DNA of 50,868 bases from Eggerthellaceae bacterium (lineage in GTDB: Bacteria; Actinomycetota; Coriobacteriia; Coriobacteriales; Eggerthellaceae): positions 1 to 50,868 of the forward strand of contig JAZQAV010000099.1 of NCBI GenBank assembly GCA_045545435.1, given 5' to 3'. Under the pieces are notes generated by a model. That model saw only the letters and a list, made by a program, of their open reading frames with translations, was not told where the DNA came from and ran no database searches. This document shows positions 34,765 through 42,158 of this stretch, piece by piece. Made by a program: the position numbers and the translations under genes. How positions within the stretch are numbered: the stretch's first letter is position 1; the number at the start of each line of letters is the position of its first letter.

Positions 34765-35934
34765 CTATGCGCGCGGCAATTGCGCCTGAGTATTTTGCTG
34801 TCGTCCCTCTTGGAGATACGCATCGCGTTTTTCGAGGCGATCGATGTGTTTTTGGCCTTCCTCGGCAATTGATTGGAAGTCGGCAATGGTCTGCTTAATA
34901 CGCGGAAGAGCGGCTTGCTTGTACGCACTGATGTCGTTCAGTGCGTCAATGGTATTCGCGAACGCCTCTTTAAGCGTATCCACGGAGATATTGGCCTCGG
35001 TGGCGTTCTTCTGTATTTCGGCGCCCTGTTCTTTGAGCATGCGGGAAGTAGCCGTAATCATGTCGTTGGTTGCCGCGTTAAGCGTGTTCACCTTGTCAAG
35101 GACAATGCGCTGGTTGTACAGGGCGCCCGCTACGGTTGCGGCAACGCGCAGGGCGGAGACGGTCACGTTTTCGGCGCGATCGACGGCGCGCATGAGCTCT
35201 TGGTTGTTGCGGCGCACGATGTTCATGGACACGATGCCCTGCTGGTTGACGGTAAGCAACTGCTGCAAATCCATGATTTTTTGGCGCAGCGGGAAGATAA
35301 CCTCCTCTTCCACGAACTTAACGCGCTCAGGGTCGGCGGTATCGCGATTGGCCTCAACTGCGTTGGTGAGATACGCATCCAAATCGGTTGCCATGGCAAG
35401 CTGCTGGTTCACCTGCTTGGTAAGCCCGCGCATGGAGTCTTCCTCAAGCTGGAGGGTGACGTTGTCGTTCTTGAGCGTGTTCTTGCCGCGTTCAAGCGAG
35501 CTCACGATATCGGTGATTTCGCCGTCGACGGTTTTGAAGCGCTCGAAGTAGCGACGCGCGGGATTGAAGAGCTTGCTCTTCTTTGCAAAGTCGATGCCTG
35601 AAGGATCGAGGTCGCGCATTTTTATAGCAAGGTCCTCGAGGCCTTTTGCAACCTCGCCGGACTCGCCGCCTTCACGCGAAAACTGTCCCATACGGCGGGC
35701 GAGCATTTGGTTTTTGCCGGCAGACTGGCTCATAACATCGGCGCCCAAATTGTCGATTGCGTTCAAAATGTCGCGCCTATCGGTGATGGACTCAAGGTCC
35801 ACATTCATGATCTGCTGCCCCTTTTCCGCGGCAGTTGAGTTGATGAGCTCGACGTTTGCGGGCGGAAGGGCCAGCTCTTTGCTTACTTCTACTTTGGTAG
35901 CTTCGGGATCGGGGATGTTAAGATCGAATGCCAT
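34765..35934 (-). CDS. telA: toxic anion resistance protein, TelA/KlaA/YaaN family
   Basis: 389 aa and helical. The sequence reads DLDPSGIDFAKKSKLFNPARRYFERFKTVDGEITDIVSSLERGKNTLKNDNVTLQLEE, which is typical of the TelA family. It lies downstream of an XpaC-like gene, as in Bacillus xpaC-yaaN. Confidence 0.8.
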   Translation of the reverse strand: MAFDLNIPDPEATKVEVSKELALPPANVELINSTAAEKGQQIMNVDLESITDRRDILNAIDNLGADVMSQSAGKNQMLARRMGQFSREGGESGEVAKGLEDLAIKMRDLDPSGIDFAKKSKLFNPARRYFERFKTVDGEITDIVSSLERGKNTLKNDNVTLQLEEDSMRGLTKQVNQQLAMATDLDAYLTNAVEANRDTADPERVKFVEEEVIFPLRQKIMDLQQLLTVNQQGIVSMNIVRRNNQELMRAVDRAENVTVSALRVAATVAGALYNQRIVLDKVNTLNAATNDMITATSRMLKEQGAEIQKNATEANISVDTLKEAFANTIDALNDISAYKQAALPRIKQTIADFQSIAEEGQKHIDRLEKRDAYLQEGRQQNTQAQLPRA

Positions 35935-35974
35935 GATGCCGCCTTTCGTATGTCTTCAAACAGGCTTCTCAGAA

Positions 35975-36700
35975 TTAATTTTGCGTGTAGAACTTGGTTT
36001 CGTCAATGAGCGTACGGATTTCGTTGAGCATGCGCGTGCTGTCCTCGGTTGCGTCAACGTTGTCGAGTTTAGCCAGTTCAGCTGTGAGTTTGTCCAATTC
36101 GAACAGCAGCGATTCGTTTGCCGACAACAGTTCGCTCATGTTTGACAGGCTGTTTTGATAAAGGCGCATCTTCTCTTCGTCAGTTGCGCTGGGAAGCTGG
36201 TTTTGCCGGCGCGATGAACTGTTCAGCGCGTGTTCTACGGCGCGGTAGTCGGTGCCGTTGAACGTTTGGATGAGGTTCGCAAGGCGTGCAGAATTGTTGA
36301 GCACGGCTTCATTGGCGCCCGTGCCTGCGGCCAGGAACTTCTCGTAACTGAGGCTTCCCCGAGCGAACTTAGACTCAAGAATCGCGTTGAAGTTGGCGTT
36401 TTTCTGACGCTCGTTATCGAGCATCTGCAGGGCTTTATGCGCATAGGTTCCCACGACGGGGGCGTTGCGGTACTTGCGCAGCACGCGTGCGATGTCGTCG
36501 GCGGACGAGCCGGTTGTTATGTCCATATGCTGGTAGGGCAGCTGTTTTTTGCTTTGGAACAAGGGAACGTAGGGCTCGCCTTTTGCAACGAACAACAGCC
36601 GCCTGATGCCGTAAAAGCACCCAAAACCGAGTGCGCCCAGAGCAATGAGGGGCAAAAGCAATATGAACAAGAGCATCTCGAAGATGAAACCAGGATCCAT
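35975..36700 (-). CDS. xpaC: XpaC-like (5-bromo-4-chloroindolyl phosphate hydrolysis protein family) membrane-anchored protein
   Basis: ATG 36700 has an AGAGGTG RBS. An N-terminal hydrophobic hairpin (FIFEMLLFILLLPLIALGALGFGCFYGI) is followed by a helical domain. The assignment rests mainly on synteny with telA and the overall architecture. Confidence 0.5.
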   Translation of the reverse strand: MDPGFIFEMLLFILLLPLIALGALGFGCFYGIRRLLFVAKGEPYVPLFQSKKQLPYQHMDITTGSSADDIARVLRKYRNAPVVGTYAHKALQMLDNERQKNANFNAILESKFARGSLSYEKFLAAGTGANEAVLNNSARLANLIQTFNGTDYRAVEHALNSSSRRQNQLPSATDEEKMRLYQNSLSNMSELLSANESLLFELDKLTAELAKLDNVDATEDSTRMLNEIRTLIDETKFYTQN

Positions 36701-37060
36701 GGAACACCTCTTTACCAGTTTGGAATCTGTTGCGTGTTCGCTTGCTAGCGCAGTGGGCCTCTGTGGCGGGTGCGCTAGAGCTCGCATCGCAATCCATTAT
36801 CTCACGAGGTATTTACGAATGGTATGCGCGAGCAAAACAAGAAGTTAACAAAGTTGGTTCGAAATACCGTAGGTCCTTGATGGGGGGCGGATGCTGCAAC
36901 GCGAGGCTTGCGGGTCTGCCACGCCAGGAGCGCGGATGCTGCCATGTTAAATGCGCGCAAGCAAGCACGAACTACTGCGCGCTATAATGGCTTGTGAAAT
37001 GCGCTTTCCTTTTGCTGGAAAGCCGCACGACCGTTTCCCTGGTACGCAAAGGAGCACCTC

Positions 37061-37465
37061 ATGAAACGACCGCATGTTGACGGTGGCTTTTTGTTCTGCT
37101 TCGGTCTTAACCTTATCCTGAGTGCATATTGGGCCATTCCTGCGGTGGTTCTCTTCGTGGCGCACGTTATCGCGGGAACCCCGCTTTGGGCTGCTTGGCT
37201 TGCCCTTGGCCTTTGGGTGCTTATCACGTTTGGCATTACGCTGTTTCTGAGCTGGGCTGTTTCACGAGCGCCTGCAGCTGATGCCCAGGGCGCCTATTCG
37301 CGTCGTTCCTCTTCAAGCAATCGAAAAGCAGCTGCGGAAAACGCGCATCATTATGATTCCGTGAACGTCGAATTGCGCACCGTCGAAAGCGCAGAAAACG
37401 TCGCTGTTGAAGGCACAGATAGCGCAGCCGTCGAAGGCGTAGCGAGCAACAATAATTTGGGATGA
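37061..37465 (+). CDS. small membrane protein of unknown function (3 TM segments + disordered tail)
   Basis: The sequence reads FLFCFGLNLILSAYWAIPAVVLFVAHVIAGTPLWAAWLALGLWVLITFGITLFLSW. AAAGGAG RBS. Confidence 0.55.
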   Translation: MKRPHVDGGFLFCFGLNLILSAYWAIPAVVLFVAHVIAGTPLWAAWLALGLWVLITFGITLFLSWAVSRAPAADAQGAYSRRSSSSNRKAAAENAHHYDSVNVELRTVESAENVAVEGTDSAAVEGVASNNNLG

Positions 37466-37568
37466 CGCGGGTATTCTTGGCGCTGTCTCTTGCATCCTGC
37501 GTTTCGAGACGGAGCGATCAGGTATTAGAAAGCGATGCGTCAAAAGCGGGGTTTTAAGCATCGCCCCT

Positions 37569-37644
37569 GAAGTTGTGCGCTGAGCGTCATCTCGAAGTTG
37601 TGCGTTGAGTATCATCCCCGAAGCTGCTTGCTAAACGAGAAATC
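37569..37644 (+). repeat. tandem 25-nt repeat GAAGTTGTGCG(C/T)TGAG(C/T)(G/A)TCATC x2 plus a degenerate third unit
   Basis: Units lie at 37569-37591, 37594-37616 and 37620-37644. The third is degenerate. Confidence 0.75.
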
Positions 37645-37648
37645 TCTT

Positions 37649-37913
37649 AAAAAGAGCGAGTTGTGAGAAGAACAATCATAGTTGCAGTGAAAAACTCGAG
37701 TTGTGAGAGCCGATAGCGAGCTCTTGGTGGCAAAAACTCGAGTTGTGAGAAGTTACGTGTCTGTGGCGAAGGCAGTCTGTATTTTCGATAGCCGTGTGAA
37801 CAGGGGTTGCGGGAACGGAGCATCTGAAAGGGTCCTCTATGTTATGCGGGTTCTTCTCACAATTTGAGTTTTCTACTTCATACAAGATTATTTTTCTCAC
37901 TATTCGAGAGTTG
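37649..37913. repeat. array of the motif AAAA(A)CTCGAGTTGTGAGAAG: three direct and two inverted copies
   Basis: Direct copies are at 37649-37670 (AAAAAGAGCGAGTTGTGAGAAG), 37690-37709 (AAAAACTCGAGTTGTGAGAG) and 37732-37752 (AAAAACTCGAGTTGTGAGAAG). Inverted copies are at 37853-37872 (CTTCTCACAATTTGAGTTTT) and 37891-37913 (TTTTTCTCACTATTCGAGAGTTG). Confidence 0.85.
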
Positions 37914-38145
37914 CAAAAAGTGAATTAATACCGGCGGCAGATGGGCGAGTTGCAGTCGGCAAGCGAGCGAGCTGCCGATTGGCGAGCGGCTCATGGATGG
38001 GTTCGCGCCATACCTGGTAGTGCACCCTACTCGGCGGTTCATACGACTCGGCGACGTACTCGCGTAGACAGTATGCACAAGATGCGATAGGGATTCGTGG
38101 GGGTTTCGTCTACGCGTTGTAGGACCGTTTAATGATAATGGATTT

Positions 38146-39186
38146 ATGGAATACATCATCATCAGTCATAAATCTGCTTTTCGCTATTGGGGAGGGGAGA
38201 AGGCGCATCGTCATCCTGACGAATGCAGGTTCAATTTTGCTCTTTGGGACAACATTGCGACAAAGCTTCCACGCGAACAGGGGCAATTGCTCGATTCGCT
38301 TCGCTCGAGCAAAGGGGAGCTGGATTTACTGGTAAATGACACTTCGCAACGCTGCCATCCAGATGGCCGCGTTGTCCATTACTGGAAAGGTGGTTTTCTA
38401 CCAGGTTCGATGTGCAAAGTCTCCGATGGAGTGCTGGTGGCATCGCCAGAAATGCTATATGTGCAACTAGCGCAAAGCTTAAGCATTCAGGCGGTTATTG
38501 CATGCGCAACGGTTTTGTGCTCGTCGTATTTCCCCGTATGCAAATCGGCCCGCTGTGAAAAGCTCGATGCCGTATTGAGCGGTTCGGCTTCGACAGCTTC
38601 GCTGAAAGGAGATGAAAGAAGGGGGTTCTATCGGCGTCTTCCCCTCACATCAAAAGCGCGTCTCTATGACTTTTTATCAGCGCTCAAAAACCATAACGGC
38701 GTCGCGAAGGCGCGCAGGGCTTTGCGTTGGGCAAGCGAAGGTGCAGCTTCTGCGCGAGAAGCCGAACTCGCGATACGTTTGTTTTCGGCCCGCTGTTATG
38801 GCGGTGATGGTTTGCCTGCGGCTATGCTTAATTTGCCCGTGTATCTTGACGATGCGGCAAAAATGATGTCTGGCAAGCTGTACTGTATAGCCGATTTTGT
38901 GTGGCCGGAAAAACGTTTGATACTGGAATATGACAGCAATCAGCACCATAGCGATAAATCCGCTATGCAGAAAGACTCACGTCGCAGAAATGCCCTTTTG
39001 CATATGGGTTTCGATGTCATGTCTTACACGAACGATATTTTCACGGACCAGCAAGCACGAACAGCGGCTGTCAAGCAGCTGGAATCGCGGTTGTACCCAT
39101 ATGGGCGAAAAAATGCCCGTACTTTTGAAGGCGCAGCGGAAGAGTTGTATCGTGCCGCGCGCGAGTTACCTCGCTGCGTAATTTAG
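38146..39186 (+). CDS. DUF559 (Vsr/restriction-endonuclease-like fold) domain protein with unknown ~250-aa N-terminal region
   Basis: The C-terminus reads YCIADFVWPEKRLILEYDSNQHHSDKSAMQKDSRRRNALLHMGFDVMSYTNDIF, which matches the DUF559 pattern (D..w....l.vE.DG..H). The RBS is weak. The gene looks more AT-rich than its neighbours by eye. Confidence 0.7.
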   Translation: MEYIIISHKSAFRYWGGEKAHRHPDECRFNFALWDNIATKLPREQGQLLDSLRSSKGELDLLVNDTSQRCHPDGRVVHYWKGGFLPGSMCKVSDGVLVASPEMLYVQLAQSLSIQAVIACATVLCSSYFPVCKSARCEKLDAVLSGSASTASLKGDERRGFYRRLPLTSKARLYDFLSALKNHNGVAKARRALRWASEGAASAREAELAIRLFSARCYGGDGLPAAMLNLPVYLDDAAKMMSGKLYCIADFVWPEKRLILEYDSNQHHSDKSAMQKDSRRRNALLHMGFDVMSYTNDIFTDQQARTAAVKQLESRLYPYGRKNARTFEGAAEELYRAARELPRCVI

Positions 39187-39438
39187 GTAGAGGAGGCGAA
39201 GATGGACCTGGTCGCGCGTTCGCGAAGGAAGCAGATACCCCTCATACCACCGTAGCTGGTGCTTTGCGTACTGTGGTGAGGTCACGATTCTCGTCGTCCA
39301 ATATAATGTTACGGGTGAGAGACAAAGTCGAACTCTCGAGTTTTGCAAGCTGGAAAGTGCGCTTCTTGAAACTTATACTGTGCGTATATGCGTGCGTTTT
39401 GGTGTGCGAGCGTTTCGGTCTTTAGGAAGGGGTCAACA

Positions 39439-40050
39439 ATGGCGGTTCATCCGGTAATCAAGCAATTTGAATACGAAAAGCGTGGGCTTACCGAGAACGT
39501 TATTCTCAAGGTGGTCTCGAATGATGCCGCGCTTCCCGTTGAGAATCCAGAGGGCTTTCTTGACCTGGTGAAAGATTTTTCTGATGCCGAAACCGTGGGC
39601 CAGCAGAACATGTGCCTTGGCGGTGCGAATCCCGAAGTGAGCGCTGTGGTGCCGGTAATCCGTGGGGCATACCCTGGAGTGCGCTTCCGCAAGCAGCAGT
39701 TCGCGAAGATCCTGTCCGTGGGCGACGTGAGCGGGCTTTCCGAGGATTACGCCGAGACGCTCTTGGAATCGGGGAGCATCGCGCTTGTCGCCACCTCGTA
39801 CGACGACGAGAGCATTGCTGCGCTTCTGAAGTTCGGTATCCTTCCTCTGCTTTCCGATGAGCCGTTGCCCGTGGGAACCAGCGTACTTATCAAGGGCATC
39901 GTGAATGACATCGTCTTGGACTGCAAGAATCTTACTGCCTTTACCATTACCGATGCGCTGGAGCCTTTGGCGTTGGAGCTGCCCAACCTGTACATCGGCC
40001 AGGAGCCGCCCTATGATTTGGCGCATCTCGACCCCCTTATGAAGGGCTAG
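39439..40050 (+). CDS. hypothetical protein; possibly a degenerate aconitase-swivel/LeuD-like fold
   Basis: AGGAAGGGG RBS before ATG 39439. The segment IALVATSYDDESIAALLKFGILPLLSDEPLPVGTSVLIKGI resembles the aconitase/LeuD pattern (vIAeSFarIh..N....GilPL.f). The GSSRE site is replaced by GGANPE. The similarity is weak. Confidence 0.5.
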   Translation: MAVHPVIKQFEYEKRGLTENVILKVVSNDAALPVENPEGFLDLVKDFSDAETVGQQNMCLGGANPEVSAVVPVIRGAYPGVRFRKQQFAKILSVGDVSGLSEDYAETLLESGSIALVATSYDDESIAALLKFGILPLLSDEPLPVGTSVLIKGIVNDIVLDCKNLTAFTITDALEPLALELPNLYIGQEPPYDLAHLDPLMKG

Positions 40051-40053
40051 TTG

Positions 40054-40650
40054 ATGGGCAAAGCAACAATGCGGACAATTGTGCTCGTTGGTGCGTTGTG
40101 CTTCGCGTTGTCGTTGTGCGCGTGCTCAAATGGTGGCGCAACAACCGCGTCGGGCTCATCTACGCAAACTTCCGCCAGCGCAACGGCTTCCGCAAGCGCG
40201 CAAGCCTCATCGGGCTCAAAGAGCACGCAGGCTGCCTTGCCCATTTTGTCCTTCCAAACGAAAGACGTTAACGGAAACGCGGTTTCATCAGCGGATTTTT
40301 CCGAAGCAAAGGTTATCTTGGTAAACCTCTGGGAGCCGTGGTGCGGCCCTTGCGTGTCCGAATTGCCTGCTTTGCAGAAGCTTTATGACCGTTATCGCGA
40401 TCAGGGGCTTGTAATACTGGGCGCATTTACCACAACTGAAGAGCAAGACGATGTTTTGGACCTCGTGGATAAAAACGGCATCACGTATCCCATCATAGTT
40501 GCGGACGGCAGCTTCGCGCCGTACCAAACGCGTTATGTTCCCACGTCGATGCTTTTCGATGGTCAAGGAAGGCCGCTGTTGGACGAGCCGGTGATAGGCG
40601 CGCAAAGCTACGCGCAGTGGGAAAAGCTCGTCCTTTCGTATTTGCAGTAG
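40054..40650 (+). CDS. TlpA/ResA-like thiol-disulfide oxidoreductase lipoprotein (thioredoxin fold, WCGPC)
   Basis: The lipobox is in MRTIVLVGALCFALSLCAC, followed by a Ser/Ala/Thr linker. The active site reads VILVNLWEPWCGPCVSELPAL. It starts 3 nt after the upstream stop. Confidence 0.85.
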   Translation: MGKATMRTIVLVGALCFALSLCACSNGGATTASGSSTQTSASATASASAQASSGSKSTQAALPILSFQTKDVNGNAVSSADFSEAKVILVNLWEPWCGPCVSELPALQKLYDRYRDQGLVILGAFTTTEEQDDVLDLVDKNGITYPIIVADGSFAPYQTRYVPTSMLFDGQGRPLLDEPVIGAQSYAQWEKLVLSYLQ

Positions 40651-40775
40651 GAAAAGCATACAGCGGAAGTGCGCTTGCCGTCGCAAATTGAGCGCCCGCC
40701 AAGTCGCGGCAGGCGCGCGGCGAAGGTAGCCAGATGGTGATAGGGACACAAGGGGAGCGAAAAGGGGGCTGAGTC

Positions 40776-40916
40776 ATGATTCGCAGGCGTGCAATAGGCA
40801 TTGCGCTTTTGGCGTTGGGAGCGGCGTGCGCGATTATGGGCGCAAGCCAAGGCCAGCCCGCCCTTGTTTTTGCCCAGGCTGCCACAATTTGTCTGGAGTG
40901 CGTTGGAATTGGCTAA
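40776..40916 (+). CDS. 46-aa membrane micro-protein with C-terminal CXXC motif (resembles what I recall as the 'CD1871A family CXXC motif-containing protein')
   Basis: It is not in the ORF track because it is under 60 aa. Hand translation gives [46 protein letters not shown] followed by a stop. AAGGGGG RBS lies 7 nt upstream. The arrangement is a basic N-terminus, one TM segment, then ICLECVGIG. Confidence 0.7.
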   Translation: MIRRRAIGIALLALGAACAIMGASQGQPALVFAQAATICLECVGIG

Positions 40917-41772
40917 GGCGCAACGTTTCAGATTGGCCGTTCAGGGGGTGACGGCCCTCATCCAAAACGCCAACGTGGCGGGATTCTTTGCTGGTACGGT
41001 GTATGCGGGCCCCGCCAAAGCAGTGTGTGTTCCCGGTCTGAATTGCCACGCGTGCCCCGGCGCGCTGGGGGCCTGCCCTATAGGAATGCTGCAACATGGC
41101 CTTTCGGCCTATTCGTTCAAGTTTCCCTACTATGTGGTGGGGCTGCTCGTTTTTTTCGGTGCGCTGCTCGGTCGTTTCGTGTGCGGGTTTTTATGTCCGT
41201 TTGGCCTGCTGCAGGATCTACTGCATAAAATTCCTTTCCCGTGGAAGATTAAAACGTTCAAGGGCGACAAGCTTTTGCGTAAAGCGAAGTACCTTGTCTT
41301 GCTGCTGATGGTGCTCGTACTGCCAGTGGGCATCAAGTTGACACCGTTCTTCTGCAAATATTTGTGCCCTTCGGGAACGCTTGCCGGACTGCTGTTGATG
41401 CTCAGCGATAGCTCGTTGTTTCAGCTGGTGGACGCGCTGTATTCGTGGAAGCTGGCCGTGCTCATTGTTGTGGTGATGCTTGCAATGGCCATCAGCCGGC
41501 CGTTTTGCAAGTACCTGTGCCCCTTGGGCGCTTTCTACGCGCCGTTTAACAAAGTGGCGTTGCTGCGCATGAACGTTGACCTGTCGCGATGCGTGGGCTG
41601 TAAATCATGCGTGTCGGTGTGCAAAATGGGAGTTGATCCCTCCGTCGATCCCAATGGTTTGGAATGCATCAGATGCGGGGCGTGCATCGATGCGTGCGAG
41701 CAACATGCCCTCTCGTACGCGCACGTGCTAAGCAAAGCCAACAAGGACGCGTCCTTTCCCGAGCGCTCATAA
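40909..41772 (+). CDS. integral-membrane 4Fe-4S polyferredoxin (NapH/MauN/NosR-like CxxxCP protein)
   Basis: [14 protein letters not shown] and repeated CP motifs ([28 protein letters not shown]) are present. Two ferredoxin clusters read [11 protein letters not shown] and [11 protein letters not shown]. The track start TTG 40801 would overlap the micro-ORF entirely. I prefer TTG 40909 (GGAG 10 nt upstream), which overlaps the micro-ORF stop by 8 nt. Confidence 0.8.
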   Translation: MAKAQRFRLAVQGVTALIQNANVAGFFAGTVYAGPAKAVCVPGLNCHACPGALGACPIGMLQHGLSAYSFKFPYYVVGLLVFFGALLGRFVCGFLCPFGLLQDLLHKIPFPWKIKTFKGDKLLRKAKYLVLLLMVLVLPVGIKLTPFFCKYLCPSGTLAGLLLMLSDSSLFQLVDALYSWKLAVLIVVVMLAMAISRPFCKYLCPLGAFYAPFNKVALLRMNVDLSRCVGCKSCVSVCKMGVDPSVDPNGLECIRCGACIDACEQHALSYAHVLSKANKDASFPERS

Positions 41773-42158
41773 CATTATCTGCAACGGTTGCCTTCAGCGC
41801 AGGCGATGAATGGCAGAAATTGGGGACGACCACGCAATTGTTCTCGGCAGTGTCGCGGACCTTGCTTTCGGCGCGCATCGTATTGCGAGATCGGCTGAGC
41901 TCGCACTGGATGCATTATTGCGGAAACGCGCCCGCGTCTGCACCCGACGTCGTTAAATCAGTCATAATAGAGAGTAACAACGGCGGCACGCCCGTTTGTT
42001 TGCGTTGCTTGACCAAGTTTTGCCTATGCGGGAGCTGAGGTGTTTTATAGCTATGCAGATGCAAGCGCTTGGTACAGATGCGTGCATGAGCGTTCGAAAT
42101 GCATATTTTTTGTTACCGTGCGCACATTGCGGGTAACGCGTCCCTTAGGGGGTCTGCT

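Noticed and set aside
36845-36870. A tRNA-like GGTTCGAAAT box
   Set aside because: The surrounding sequence cannot form acceptor, D or anticodon arms. It is an isolated chance match.
36887-36935. The duplicated 11-mer GCGGATGCTGC (36887 and 36925) upstream of the small membrane-protein gene
   Set aside because: There are only two copies of a short GC-rich word with no dyad or promoter context. This is probably chance.
37569-37913. A CRISPR array
   Set aside because: The repeats are short (20-25 nt), irregularly spaced at 25-41 nt and ~100 nt, and partly inverted. There are no unique spacers of constant length, and no cas genes are in the window.
40801-40908. The ORF-track N-terminal extension of the 4Fe-4S protein from TTG 40801
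   Set aside because: It overlaps a better-supported micro-ORF in another frame. It also encodes an implausible Arg/Trp-rich leader ahead of the conserved N-terminus.
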